From assembly GCA_965655675.1 (NCBI GenBank), contig CBFHHI010000002.1, positions 3,763 to 67,762 of the forward strand: DNA of 64,000 nucleotides, in the 5' to 3' direction. Positions 52,830 to 63,478 of the stretch are shown here, in pieces. The stretch comes from Methylophilaceae bacterium. GTDB taxonomy: Bacteria > Pseudomonadota > Gammaproteobacteria > Burkholderiales > Methylophilaceae. The position numbers and the translations under genes are program-made. The stretch's first letter is position 1; every line of letters starts with the position of its first letter. The notes under the pieces were generated by a model. It was given only the letters and a program-made list of their open reading frames with translations. It was not told the origin of the DNA and ran no database searches.

Positions 52830-54758
52830 ATGCGCCGTCGGCCAGAACTAAAGAACCATCAACATGAGTTGCATCACTTCAAGCTACGTTTAGCAGTACT
52901 TGGTCTGATTGTCGTCATTGGTTTCAGTATCCTGATGCTGCGGTTCTATTTTTTGCAAGTTACCCGCCATGATCACTATCATACGCTGGCAGAAAACAAT
53001 CGTATTTCTGTTATCCCTGTTGCCCCGACTCGCGGCATTATTACCGATAAAAATGGCATCACACTCGCGCATAACTTTTTTGTTTATGCTTTAGAAATTA
53101 CACCATCAAAAGTAGCTGACTTAGAAAAAACCATTACGGAAATTAGCCAGCTGGTTGAAATATCTAGTAGCGATATCAAGCGATTCAATAAACTAAAAGG
53201 GCGTACGCACGAATTTGAATCTATTCCTATACGCACTCACTTAAACGAGATAGAAGCAGCTAAATTTGCCGCGAATCGTTTTCGATTTCCTGGTGTAGAA
53301 ATTAAATCAAGATTGTTTCGTCACTATCCAAATGGTAAATTAGGTGCGCATATTGTCGGCTATATCGGTCGCATTAATGATGACGATCTAGCCAATCTAA
53401 AGTCATCTAACGATCTCTCAAATTACAAGGGTTCTGACCATATTGGTAAAAGTGGTATCGAGCAATATTATGAAAAGAAACTGCATGGCACCACTGGCTT
53501 TCAACAAGTTGAAATCAATGCGGACGGGAAGGCGGTAAGGGTATTGTCGAGCAAGGCACCTGTTTCAGGCAATAACTTATCACTTTCTATTGATCTAACT
53601 TTACAAGAGATTGCTGAGAAAGGCTTTGGCGATAGACGAGGTGCGTTGGTTGCTATTCAACCAAAAACAGGCGAAGTGCTTGCCTTAGTCAGTATGCCCA
53701 CTTTTGATCCTAATCTGTTTGTAGGGGGGATCGATACAAAAAATTGGCAACGTTTAAATGAGTCTGCAGATAAACCACTGATTAACCGCCCATTACGCGG
53801 CATTTACCCGCCAGGCTCGACATTTAAACCCTTTGTTGCATTAGCTGGCCTTGAGGCGGGTAAGCGTCATCCGCCATTTAATATACAAGATGCAGGCTAC
53901 TTCACCTTGCCAAACAGCAAGCATCGCTATCGAGATTGGAAAGTCGGTGGTCATGGGTTTGTCGATATCTCCCGCGCGATTACTGTTTCTTGCGATACTT
54001 TTTTCTATGGCTTAGCCATTGAGTTGGGCATCGATAAACTCACTTCATTTGTTCGTCATTTTGGTTTTGGTGAAAAAAGTGGTATCGATATTAATGGCGA
54101 AAACAGTGGATTACTCCCTACGCCAGAATGGAAGCAACGCCGCTTTAAACAGCCTTGGTATGTGGGAGAAACTGTTATTGTTGGCATTGGGCAGGGTTAT
54201 ACCCTAGTGACACCCATGCAACTTGCTTACGCCACAGCTGTTCTTGCAAATGGTGGCGCGGCAATGAAACCACATTTAGTTACCAAAATGACTGATGTAA
54301 AAACAGGCCATACAACCTCAATAAAACCAATGTTGACTGAACAAATACCACTCAATGAAGGCAATTTAGAAATTGTGACAAAAGCCATGATAGATGTCAC
54401 CTTGCCTGGTGGCACAGCATCGCTTGTTGGTAGAGATGCTGGATATAGCATTGCAGCAAAAACAGGCACTGCGCAAGTCATTGGCATTAAGCAGAATGAA
54501 AAGTATGATGAAAAAAATATCAACGAACGCCATAGAGACCATGCTTTGTTTATTGCCTATGCACCTGCAGAGAATCCTACAATCGCTATTGCCGCCATTG
54601 TAGAAAATGGAGGGCACGGCGGCTCAGCTGCTGGCCCTATTGTGCGACAAGTGATGGATTATTACTTACTAGGTAAAAAGCCACCTGAAATGGATACAAA
54701 AACAGAGCCTGTTAAAATAACGATTGATGCACCAATGTCGGGAGTGACTCATGATTAA
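52830..54758 (+). CDS. mrdA: Penicillin-binding protein 2 (elongasome transpeptidase)
   Basis: 642 aa. Contains RGIITDKNG, SxxK (PGSTFKP), SCD and KTGTAQ. Confidence 0.95.
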   Translation: MRRRPELKNHQHELHHFKLRLAVLGLIVVIGFSILMLRFYFLQVTRHDHYHTLAENNRISVIPVAPTRGIITDKNGITLAHNFFVYALEITPSKVADLEKTITEISQLVEISSSDIKRFNKLKGRTHEFESIPIRTHLNEIEAAKFAANRFRFPGVEIKSRLFRHYPNGKLGAHIVGYIGRINDDDLANLKSSNDLSNYKGSDHIGKSGIEQYYEKKLHGTTGFQQVEINADGKAVRVLSSKAPVSGNNLSLSIDLTLQEIAEKGFGDRRGALVAIQPKTGEVLALVSMPTFDPNLFVGGIDTKNWQRLNESADKPLINRPLRGIYPPGSTFKPFVALAGLEAGKRHPPFNIQDAGYFTLPNSKHRYRDWKVGGHGFVDISRAITVSCDTFFYGLAIELGIDKLTSFVRHFGFGEKSGIDINGENSGLLPTPEWKQRRFKQPWYVGETVIVGIGQGYTLVTPMQLAYATAVLANGGAAMKPHLVTKMTDVKTGHTTSIKPMLTEQIPLNEGNLEIVTKAMIDVTLPGGTASLVGRDAGYSIAAKTGTAQVIGIKQNEKYDEKNINERHRDHALFIAYAPAENPTIAIAAIVENGGHGGSAAGPIVRQVMDYYLLGKKPPEMDTKTEPVKITIDAPMSGVTHD

Positions 54759-55848
54759 TCACATTGCTCATGTGCTATCAAAACACATCGACTCCATATT
54801 AATGAGTTGCATTCTCTTCACAATGTTGGTGGGCTTGTTTGTTTTGTATAGCGCTGCTGGAGAAAACTTGTCCCGAATTAACGCCCAGCTAATCAATATT
54901 ACAGTTGCACTATCAGCGATGTGGCTTGTGGCCAATGTTGAACCACGATTGATGGAGCGTATGGCACCGCCATTATATCTAGCAGGGATATTGCTGCTGC
55001 TTGGTGTCGCACTTTTTGGCAATATCAGTCATGGCGCCAGAAGGTGGTTAGACATTGGCATAATGAAAATCCAACCTTCTGAATTGATGCGAATTGCTGT
55101 TCCAATGATGCTTGCTTGGTTTTTTTCTCAGCGAGAGGCCTCACTGCGCTTACTCGACTTTATTATTGCTTTTTTCATTCTCATGACGCCTATACTTTTT
55201 ATTCTCAAACAACCCGACTTAGGCACCTCATTACTGGTGGCTGCCTCAGGCTGTTTCGTCATCTTTTTAGCTGGTCTTGGCTGGCGTATTATTATTGGGG
55301 GCATCGTTTCTGTAGGGGCGCTTATCCCTGTTTTTTGGTCTATGTTGCATGATTATCAAAGAAGGCGTGTACAAATTCTAATAGACCCAACAGAAGATCC
55401 ATTGGGTGCTGGCTACCATATTATTCAATCCACCATTGCACAAGGCTCCGGCGGCTTGACGGGAAAAGGCTGGCTGAATGGCACCCAATCTCAGCTTGAT
55501 TTCTTACCGGAACGCACAACCGATTTTATTTTTTCTGTATTCAGCGAAGAGTTTGGCATGGTTGGCAATTTGCTATTATTATTATTGTTTAGTTTAATCA
55601 TCGCGCGTGGCATTTACATCGCATCGCAAGCAAAAAGCACGTTCTCGCGCTTATTAGCTGGTAGCATCATCATGACTTTTTTTATTTATATCTTTGTTAA
55701 TATCGGTATGGTCAGTGGCTTATTGCCTGTTGTAGGCGTGCCATTACCTTTAGTGAGTTACGGCGGCACTTCAATGGTGACGATACTAGTCGGCTTTGGC
55801 ATACTCATGAGTATTCACACTCACAAAAATTTAGTTGCATCGGGATAA
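54751..55848 (+). CDS. mrdB: Peptidoglycan glycosyltransferase RodA (SEDS family)
   Basis: 365 aa polytopic protein. Contains QPSELMR and LPVVGVPLPLVSYGGTS. Confidence 0.95.
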   Translation: MINHIAHVLSKHIDSILMSCILFTMLVGLFVLYSAAGENLSRINAQLINITVALSAMWLVANVEPRLMERMAPPLYLAGILLLLGVALFGNISHGARRWLDIGIMKIQPSELMRIAVPMMLAWFFSQREASLRLLDFIIAFFILMTPILFILKQPDLGTSLLVAASGCFVIFLAGLGWRIIIGGIVSVGALIPVFWSMLHDYQRRRVQILIDPTEDPLGAGYHIIQSTIAQGSGGLTGKGWLNGTQSQLDFLPERTTDFIFSVFSEEFGMVGNLLLLLLFSLIIARGIYIASQAKSTFSRLLAGSIIMTFFIYIFVNIGMVSGLLPVVGVPLPLVSYGGTSMVTILVGFGILMSIHTHKNLVASG

Positions 55849-55852
55849 TTGC

Positions 55853-56710
55853 ATGATAAGAAAATTACATCTTTTTGTGATTGCGAGTTGCCTCATACTC
55901 GCATCTTGCGGCGGCAGCCCCACGATTAAGCCCACGCCATCTAGCAAAAGCACCAGCAATCAGGGTGGGTATTATAAAAACGATGGCCCCGATGCAACCC
56001 CACCAAGCCATTTAGACAGCATCCCCGATGCCATCCCTAAAGTTGAAGCATTACACAAATACTCTCGCAAACCTTATATTGCTTTGGGTAAAAAATATTA
56101 TCCACTCGAGACTGCTAAAAACTACAAAAAAACAGGCATCGCCTCTTGGTACGGAAAGTTGTTTCATGGCAAAAAAACAGCGAGTGGAGAGACCTACGAT
56201 ATGTATAGTATGACAGCGGCGCATACCGTGCTTCCGTTACCAAGTTACGTCAAAGTGACCAATGTTGAGAATGGCCGATCTGTCATCGTTCGCGTGAATG
56301 ATCGTGGTCCGTTTAAGCACGAAAGAGAAATAGACTTATCTTATGCGGCTGCTCATAAATTACGTTTAATAGAAAAAGGCAGTGGATTGGTAGAGGTTGA
56401 AGCGATTGATCCAACCCAATATACTCCACCAAACATAACGCAACAACCACAATCAGCGCCATTGGATGAAACGACATCGGCGCGACATTATGTGCAAGCA
56501 GGTGCATTTGGTGATGAGAATAATGCAATTGCATTACAAAATCGTTTATTGGGTTTAAACATCGAAGAGCTTGCTAAAATTAATCGCATGTATAATGGTA
56601 GTTTATATCGCTTAACGGTTGGTCCTTATCCGACAAAAGAGCAGGCAGAAAAAATAGCAGAAACCATTCTGAAAAAATTAAATATCTCTACGATCATCAC
56701 CACTCATTAA
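55853..56710 (+). CDS. rlpA: Septal ring lytic transglycosylase RlpA with C-terminal SPOR domain
   Basis: Lipobox LILASC, a DPBB domain (GIASWYG...TASGE...VRVNDRGPF), and a SPOR-like C-terminus. Confidence 0.9.
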   Translation: MIRKLHLFVIASCLILASCGGSPTIKPTPSSKSTSNQGGYYKNDGPDATPPSHLDSIPDAIPKVEALHKYSRKPYIALGKKYYPLETAKNYKKTGIASWYGKLFHGKKTASGETYDMYSMTAAHTVLPLPSYVKVTNVENGRSVIVRVNDRGPFKHEREIDLSYAAAHKLRLIEKGSGLVEVEAIDPTQYTPPNITQQPQSAPLDETTSARHYVQAGAFGDENNAIALQNRLLGLNIEELAKINRMYNGSLYRLTVGPYPTKEQAEKIAETILKKLNISTIITTH

Positions 56711-56736
56711 CTATCACAACCAATTAACAGAACATT

Positions 56737-57867
56737 ATGCTCCGAACAATTATTCCATTTATTGCGCTACTATTATTATCAACCGCTAGCTTAGCTGCCG
56801 ATGTCCCACCTCCCACTCTAGAAGTCAACGCTTACTTACTAAGAGATTTTAATAGTGGGGCCAACATTGCTGCACATAATCATAAAGCGAAATTAAAGCC
56901 GGCCTCACTCACTAAAATAATGACCGCTTACATTGTCTTTGATGCCATTAAAGATGGCCTTTTAACATTAGATAAACCAGTGCCTGTTAGCAAAAAAGCT
57001 TGGGAAGCGGAAGGTTCAAGAATGTTTATCGAACCTCAAAAAGTCGTTACCGTAGATGAACTACTACATGGGCTTATTATTCAATCTGGTAATGATGCGG
57101 CTATCGCTTTGGCAGAAGCGGTTGCGGGAAGTGAAGAGCAATTCGCTATCATGATGAATCAACAAGCAAAAAGATTAGGAATGCGTCAGACGCATTATAT
57201 GAACTCAACGGGCTTGCCTCATGAGAACCACTATACGACAGCGGATGATTTAGCACTGATGGCGGAAGCACTCATCCGGGATTTTCCAAAAGACTATGGC
57301 CGTTTATATCAACAAAAAGAGTATACATACAATAAGATTACCCAATTGAACCGAAACCGCTTATTGTGGCTAGATGCCAATGTGGATGGCGTGAAAACAG
57401 GTCACACAGCAGCTGCTGGCTATTGCTTAGTGTCTTCTGCCAAACGCGACAACACACGCCTGATTGCCGTTATATTGGGCGCTAAAAGTGAATCGATGCG
57501 CGCATCTGAAAGTCAACGTCTGCTCAATTACGGCTTCCAGTTTTATGAATCAACGTTGGTTTATCGCCAATCTAAAACCATCTCTAAAATGCAAGTCTAT
57601 AAAGGCAGTGAGAAAACAGTCTCTGCTACAGTACCAAAGAATTTATATCTTTCTCTACCCAAAGGCGATTACGCTCGTGTTAAAGCAACAATGACAGCGA
57701 CACAGCCATTAATTGCGCCTATCAAGGCAGGTCAAGTGATTGGAAAAATGACCTTTCTACTTGATGGTAAAGTCATTCAAGAGCAAAAGTTAGTGGCTGC
57801 AAAAAGTGTTAGTGAAGCTGGCTTTTTTGGCAAAATTATCGATAGCATTAAGTTACTTATTCAATAA
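56737..57867 (+). CDS. D-alanyl-D-alanine carboxypeptidase (PBP5/6 family)
   Basis: Signal peptide, SxxK (ASLTKIM), SGN and KTGHT. Confidence 0.92.
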   Translation: MLRTIIPFIALLLLSTASLAADVPPPTLEVNAYLLRDFNSGANIAAHNHKAKLKPASLTKIMTAYIVFDAIKDGLLTLDKPVPVSKKAWEAEGSRMFIEPQKVVTVDELLHGLIIQSGNDAAIALAEAVAGSEEQFAIMMNQQAKRLGMRQTHYMNSTGLPHENHYTTADDLALMAEALIRDFPKDYGRLYQQKEYTYNKITQLNRNRLLWLDANVDGVKTGHTAAAGYCLVSSAKRDNTRLIAVILGAKSESMRASESQRLLNYGFQFYESTLVYRQSKTISKMQVYKGSEKTVSATVPKNLYLSLPKGDYARVKATMTATQPLIAPIKAGQVIGKMTFLLDGKVIQEQKLVAAKSVSEAGFFGKIIDSIKLLIQ

Positions 57868-58148
57868 TGACAGATAAAAATACAGATTCAGAAGAAAGCT
57901 TAATCGAATTTCCATGTGATTTTCCGATTAAGGTGATGGGTAAAACACAAGATGATTTTAGTATTGAAATCATTCACACTATTCAGAAGCATGTCTCTAA
58001 TTTTGATGCAAGCAAGATAGAGATGAAAGGGAGTGCTAAAGGCAACTATACTAGCCTGACTTGCACCTGCTACGTTGAATCAAAACAACAACTCGATGAT
58101 ATCTATCGTGCGCTAACTAGCCACCCACTGGTCAAGTACGTACTTTAA
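57867..58148 (+). CDS. ybeD: YbeD/DUF493 family protein
   Basis: 93 aa with FPCDFPIKVMG, positioned between dacA and lipB as in E. coli. Confidence 0.85.
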   Translation: MTDKNTDSEESLIEFPCDFPIKVMGKTQDDFSIEIIHTIQKHVSNFDASKIEMKGSAKGNYTSLTCTCYVESKQQLDDIYRALTSHPLVKYVL

Positions 58149-58157
58149 CCATTAAAG

Positions 58158-58775
58158 ATGTTACTCATTACGCGCAATCTTGGGCGAACAGACTATCAAA
58201 CAACCCTTGCAGCAATGCAAGCGTTCACCAATAATCGCACAGCAGAAACTGACGATGAACTGTGGTTAACAGAACATGATAGCGTTTACACCTTAGGCTT
58301 GAATCGCAACAATGTTAGACTACCGCAAAATGATATTCCTGTTGTTAACGTCGATCGCGGCGGCAAAATAACTTATCATGGCTTAGGGCAGGTAATCATT
58401 TATTTAATGATTGATTTAGCTAGACGTAGGCTGAAAGTGCGCGATTTAGTCGACATCATTGAAGCTAGTATGATTGAATTATTAGCAGGGCATGGTATCC
58501 AAGCCACTACACAACACAATGCGCCAGGCGTTTACATCAACAATAAAAAAATTGCCTCTGTTGGGTTAAGATTAAAAAAGAACTGTTGTTATCATGGGCT
58601 TAGTTTAAATGTTGATATGGACTTAAGCCCTTTTTCAGCCATCGACCCATGTGGTTATGTGGGCTTGGAAATGACACAGATGAAAGATTGGCATGTTGAG
58701 CAAACACCTCAAGCAATAGGCGAGGCTTTACTCAACATATTGGACAATAAACTAAGCAAATACAAAATGAAATAA
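58158..58775 (+). CDS. lipB: Octanoyltransferase
   Basis: 205 aa. Contains [12 protein letters not shown] and the catalytic region PCGY. Confidence 0.93.
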   Translation: MLLITRNLGRTDYQTTLAAMQAFTNNRTAETDDELWLTEHDSVYTLGLNRNNVRLPQNDIPVVNVDRGGKITYHGLGQVIIYLMIDLARRRLKVRDLVDIIEASMIELLAGHGIQATTQHNAPGVYINNKKIASVGLRLKKNCCYHGLSLNVDMDLSPFSAIDPCGYVGLEMTQMKDWHVEQTPQAIGEALLNILDNKLSKYKMK

Positions 58776-58776
58776 T

Positions 58777-59745
58777 ATGACGACATTCGACATTGCAACA
58801 ACAAGACCACCAAAAAAAATAGCTGGGGTCAAAGAAATTGATGCAGAAAAAACATCGCGTATTCCAATTAAAATTGTGCCGCAACCGACACTGCGCAAAC
58901 CTGAGTGGATACGCATGAAAATGCCGCAAGGCAAGCGTTTTCAAGAAATCAAACAAGCACTCCGCAATAACAATCTGCATACCGTTTGCGAAGAAGCCAG
59001 CTGCCCCAATATTGGTGAATGCTTTAGTGGCGGGACAGCTACTTTTATGGTGCTTGGCGACATTTGCACACGTCGTTGTCCATTCTGTGACGTTGCACAT
59101 GGCAAACCATTACCACCAGATGTGAATGAGCCCGCTAACTTAGCCAAAACAATTGCAGAAATGCAATTACGTTATGTGGTGATTACCAGTGTCGATCGAG
59201 ATGATTTGATGGATGGTGGCGCACAACATTTCGTCGATTGTATCAAAGCAATACGTGCTGCTAATCCTAGCATTAAAATCGAAATTCTAGTGCCTGATTT
59301 TCGTGGACGCTTAGATATTGCTTTAACCATTTTAAAAGAAGCGCCACCTGATGTCATGAACCATAATTTAGAGACCATTCCGCGTTTGTATAAACAAGCG
59401 CGACCGGGCTCTGATTACCAACACTCCCTTAATTTGCTGAAAGCTTTTCATGAGCTATATCCAGAAATTCCAACCAAATCAGGCTTAATGCTAGGCTTAG
59501 GCGAAACAGATGATGAAATATTAGCCGTAATGGAAGACTTACGCGCACATCACGTCAGCATGCTGACATTGGGGCAATATTTACAACCCAGTGTGCACCA
59601 TTTGCCCGTCATGCGTTATGTAGCGCCTGCAGCGTTTGACGCACTAAAAGAAAAAGCTGACGCAATGGGCTTTAATAATACAGCAAGCGGCCCCATGGTA
59701 AGAAGTAGCTATCACGCTGACTTGCAGGCAGGTCATGTTATTTAA
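58777..59745 (+). CDS. lipA: Lipoyl synthase
   Basis: Radical SAM motif CTRRCPFC plus the N-terminal auxiliary cluster [12 protein letters not shown]. Confidence 0.96.
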   Translation: MTTFDIATTRPPKKIAGVKEIDAEKTSRIPIKIVPQPTLRKPEWIRMKMPQGKRFQEIKQALRNNNLHTVCEEASCPNIGECFSGGTATFMVLGDICTRRCPFCDVAHGKPLPPDVNEPANLAKTIAEMQLRYVVITSVDRDDLMDGGAQHFVDCIKAIRAANPSIKIEILVPDFRGRLDIALTILKEAPPDVMNHNLETIPRLYKQARPGSDYQHSLNLLKAFHELYPEIPTKSGLMLGLGETDDEILAVMEDLRAHHVSMLTLGQYLQPSVHHLPVMRYVAPAAFDALKEKADAMGFNNTASGPMVRSSYHADLQAGHVI

Positions 59746-59770
59746 CCTTCTGATTATATAGAAAGTATTA

Positions 59771-61078
59771 ATGGTCCCTCATTTAACAACAGCATTAAGC
59801 GGTCCTCTTTTAGATTTAGAAAAGCGTATGTTGAGCTCTATGCCAGATATTGAGCACTGGTTTCGTACGCAATGGTTAGAGCATAGCTCCCCTTTCTATG
59901 CCTCTGTTGATTTACGCAATAGTGGTTTTAAATTAGCGCCGGTCGATACCAACTTATTTCCAGCTGGCTTTAATAATCTCAATCCTGAGTTTCTCAGTTT
60001 AAGCGTCCAAGCTGCAATGGTCGCTATTGAAAAAGTCTGCCCAGAGGCGCATCGACTTCTGATTATTCCAGAAAATCATTCGCGCAATACCTACTATATA
60101 CAGAACATGATTGCATTGACGCATATGCTTAAAGCTGCTGGCTTAGATGTGAGAGTTGGGAGCATTTCACCTGACATTAAAGAGCCAACTACGCTCACAG
60201 GGCAAGATGGGCAAACCTTGTTAATCGAACCTATCGTACGTGAAGGCAATCGCATTAAGCTGCATCATACTACCCTTGGCGATTTTGATAGCTGCGCTAT
60301 TTTATTGAACAATGATTTATCAGGTGGCATTCCTGATGTTCTAAAGCATCTAGAGCAAAACCTCATTCCTCCCCTACATGCTGGCTGGCATACACGTCGC
60401 AAAACCAACCATTTTTCAGCATATAACCATGTCATAGCCGATTTTGCGCGCATACTTGATATTGATGAGTGGTTACTCAATCCTTATTTTGAAAGTTGTG
60501 AAGGCATTGACTTTAATGCTCGCACTGGCGAAGAGTGTTTAGCCATGAAGGTAGATGCGCTACTTAAAAAAATCAAAGTAAAGTATGCAGAATATGGCAT
60601 TGAGCAAGACCCCTATGTGATTATCAAAGCCAATGCAGGCACCTATGGCATGGGCATTATGACTGTTAAATCAGCAGATGAAGTACGTGGTCTCAATCGT
60701 AAAACACGCAATAAAATGTCAGTCATTAAAGAAGGTCAGCAAGTCACTGAAGTGATTATTCAAGAGGGCGTTTATACCTTTGAAAGTATTGAAGGTGCCG
60801 TTGCGGAGCCAGTGGTGTATATGATTGATCACTTTGTGATTGGTGGTTTTTATCGCGTGCATACTAGCCGCGATGCAGATGAAAACTTAAATGCCCCAGG
60901 TGCGCATTTTGTGCCCTTAGCTTTTGAGAAACCTTGCACTTTGCCAGACTGTGCAGATTCACCCGACACGGTGCCTAATCGCTTTTATGCCTATGGTGTC
61001 GTGGCGCGCCTAGCATTATTAGCGGCTTCCATTGAGCTCGAAAATGCAGACCCAATGCAGGATTTTCTGGCAGCATGA
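59771..61078 (+). CDS. gshA: Glutamate-cysteine ligase (beta/gamma-proteobacterial GshA type)
   Basis: 435 aa. The N-terminal pattern FYASVDLRNSGFKLAPVDTNLFPAGFNN is present, and the gene lies directly upstream of gshB and overlaps it. Confidence 0.85.
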   Translation: MVPHLTTALSGPLLDLEKRMLSSMPDIEHWFRTQWLEHSSPFYASVDLRNSGFKLAPVDTNLFPAGFNNLNPEFLSLSVQAAMVAIEKVCPEAHRLLIIPENHSRNTYYIQNMIALTHMLKAAGLDVRVGSISPDIKEPTTLTGQDGQTLLIEPIVREGNRIKLHHTTLGDFDSCAILLNNDLSGGIPDVLKHLEQNLIPPLHAGWHTRRKTNHFSAYNHVIADFARILDIDEWLLNPYFESCEGIDFNARTGEECLAMKVDALLKKIKVKYAEYGIEQDPYVIIKANAGTYGMGIMTVKSADEVRGLNRKTRNKMSVIKEGQQVTEVIIQEGVYTFESIEGAVAEPVVYMIDHFVIGGFYRVHTSRDADENLNAPGAHFVPLAFEKPCTLPDCADSPDTVPNRFYAYGVVARLALLAASIELENADPMQDFLAA

Positions 61079-62025
61079 AATTTCTGTTTATACTTGACCC
61101 CTACGCTAGTTTAACACTGACAAAAGACACCAGTATCGCAATGATGCGTGAAGCTTGCGTGCAAGGGCATCAGCTATCGGTTTGCCAGCAGCAAGATATT
61201 TTCTTACGGAATGACATTGTGCATTTCAAAACACAAGCATTTGCATTTTCAGATACAGAAACTTGGTATGCCTTATCACCAGTGACAGAGCAACTACCAA
61301 CAGACTTTGATGCCATCATCATGCGCAAAGACCCCCCTTTTGATAACGAATATTTATACAGCACCTACTTGCTAGAGCTTGCCAGCAATCAAGGTGCTTA
61401 TGTCATTAATAATCCAATTGCCGTGCGTAGTTGGAATGAAAAATTATCGGTCGCTAGGTTTCCACAATTTTGCCCTGAATTCTTGGTCACCAGCCAAGCT
61501 CATTTGATTATAGATTTTTTAGAAATACAGCAAGATATTGTCGTCAAACCATTAGATGGCATGGGTGGCGCTAGTATATTTAGACTCACAAAAGCAGATC
61601 CGAATCTGAATGTCATTTTAGAAACCATCACTGATTTCGGCAAGCAAACGATTATGGTGCAACAATATTTACCTGCCATTCAACAGGGAGACAAGCGTAT
61701 TATTGTGATTGATGGCAATCCGCTACCCTATGCGCTGGCACGCATTCCTAAAGCAGGCGAAACACGTGGCAATTTGGCGGCTGGTGGCAAAGGCATTGCG
61801 CAGCCACTTTCCCCACGTGATATAGAAATTGCAACTACCATAGGCAAGACACTGAAAGAAGAAGGCTTGCTCTTTGTGGGGCTGGATGTTATTGGTGACC
61901 ATTTAACCGAAATTAACGTCACCAGCCCTACTGGCATCGTGGAGATAGCAGCACAAACCGACTGCAAACCTGCACAGATATTCTTAGCTGCTTTAATGAA
62001 CAAACTAGAATCTAAGTCACACTAG
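61075..62025 (+). CDS. gshB: Glutathione synthetase
   Basis: 316 aa with an ATP-grasp fold. Contains MRKDPPFD, VVKPLDGMGG, NLAAGG and EINVTSPTG. Confidence 0.95.
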   Translation: MKFLFILDPYASLTLTKDTSIAMMREACVQGHQLSVCQQQDIFLRNDIVHFKTQAFAFSDTETWYALSPVTEQLPTDFDAIIMRKDPPFDNEYLYSTYLLELASNQGAYVINNPIAVRSWNEKLSVARFPQFCPEFLVTSQAHLIIDFLEIQQDIVVKPLDGMGGASIFRLTKADPNLNVILETITDFGKQTIMVQQYLPAIQQGDKRIIVIDGNPLPYALARIPKAGETRGNLAAGGKGIAQPLSPRDIEIATTIGKTLKEEGLLFVGLDVIGDHLTEINVTSPTGIVEIAAQTDCKPAQIFLAALMNKLESKSH

Positions 62026-62041
62026 CGTTATAGTAGCGCCT

Positions 62042-63085
62042 ATGCGCCCATTTTTTTTACTTTGCACGGCATTGCTGCTGATTAGCTGTAGCCCGAAAGA
62101 ACCACTCTACAATACCCAAAGCTACGTTTTTGGTACTTTAGTCGATATCTCTATTTATGGAGAAAAAGATGCAAAGGCGCAGAGAGTCGCCACAGCAATT
62201 GTTCATCAATACAATGCGTTGCATCAACGTTTACATGCATGGAACCCAAGTGAATTAAGCACCATTAACCAAGCATTTGCAGCGAGTCAAACACCGATTA
62301 CGGTGCAAGCCGATATAGCAACGATGATTGCCGATATCACATCATTATCAAACCAATCTCAAGGTGCATTTAATCCTAGCATTGGCAAATTAATTAAAGC
62401 ATGGGGTTTTCAAAGTGATGCGTTTATACCACGCAAGGTTGATGCAAAAGTAATCGAATCATTGGTGGCAGCAAATCCCAAGATGACTGACATCGTGATT
62501 GATGGCAATCAAGTGTATAGCAAGAACCCAGCAGTGCAATTAGATTTAGGCGGATACGCCAAAGGTTATGCACTAGATATGGGGTTGGCTTATTTAAAAC
62601 AACAAGACATTCGCAACGCACTTATCAATATTGGCGGCAATATTATTGCGCTAGGCCAACACGGCAATCAAGCTTGGCGTGTTGGCATTCAACACCCTCG
62701 TCAACCCAATGCGATTGCCACTATAGCGTTACCTAGCGGGTGGGCAATTGGCACTTCTGGTGATTATCAACGCTACTTTCACCTTGATGGAAAACGTTAT
62801 TGCCATGTCATTAACCCAAATACTGGCTATCCAGTAGAAGGCATGCAATCCGTAACCGTCTTAATTCCTCCGCAAGTGAATGCTGGTGTATTGTCAGATG
62901 TGGCATCCAAACCCATTTTTATTGCAGAGCCCAATGGGCAAATTGAAGCGGCTAAAGTGATGGGTATTCAACACTTTTTGATGATATCTAATGACCAGAT
63001 TCAAGTCAGCGCTGCCATGCAAAAGCGACTATCTTGGTTAGATAGCAACGCAGAAAAGCAGCTAAAGGTACTTCACCTTGATTAA
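62042..63085 (+). CDS. apbE: FAD:protein FMN transferase (ApbE family lipoprotein)
   Basis: Lipobox LLISCS, plus AFNPSIGKLIKAWGF, DLGGYAKGYA and TSGDYQRYF. Confidence 0.9.
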   Translation: MRPFFLLCTALLLISCSPKEPLYNTQSYVFGTLVDISIYGEKDAKAQRVATAIVHQYNALHQRLHAWNPSELSTINQAFAASQTPITVQADIATMIADITSLSNQSQGAFNPSIGKLIKAWGFQSDAFIPRKVDAKVIESLVAANPKMTDIVIDGNQVYSKNPAVQLDLGGYAKGYALDMGLAYLKQQDIRNALINIGGNIIALGQHGNQAWRVGIQHPRQPNAIATIALPSGWAIGTSGDYQRYFHLDGKRYCHVINPNTGYPVEGMQSVTVLIPPQVNAGVLSDVASKPIFIAEPNGQIEAAKVMGIQHFLMISNDQIQVSAAMQKRLSWLDSNAEKQLKVLHLD

Positions 63086-63461
63086 GCTGAATAGTGCAAG
63101 CAAACCATTAATCGGTGACTGGCTTGTCCTTTTTATCTGTGCAGTCATCGTCATCTGGTTATTCCAAACACTTTGGAGCAACACACCAGCAAGTCAACTA
63201 CAGATTCGCCAAGCAGATCAGCTGATTGGCTCTTATGATTTAAATCAAACGCGCGAGCTTCATATTCACGGTCCATTAGGCGATTCACTCATCAGTATTG
63301 ATCAAGGTAAAGTGCGTTTTAAGCAATCTCCGTGCACCAATCAATACTGCGTGCATCAAGGCTGGCTAGAACGTGCAGGACAAGTGGCCATCTGTTTACC
63401 CAATCAAATTAGCCTGCAACTCATAGGGGAAAAAAAGCCCTATGACTCGCTCAATTATTAA
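63078..63461 (+). CDS. NusG domain II-containing (DUF1312-like) membrane-anchored protein
   Basis: 127 aa with an N-terminal TM segment and a C-terminal C-x4-C...C pattern (SPCTNQYCVHQGW...AICLPN). It overlaps apbE by 8 nt. Confidence 0.6.
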   Translation: MIKLNSASKPLIGDWLVLFICAVIVIWLFQTLWSNTPASQLQIRQADQLIGSYDLNQTRELHIHGPLGDSLISIDQGKVRFKQSPCTNQYCVHQGWLERAGQVAICLPNQISLQLIGEKKPYDSLNY

Positions 63462-63478
63462 CAGCTACGCTAGCTAAT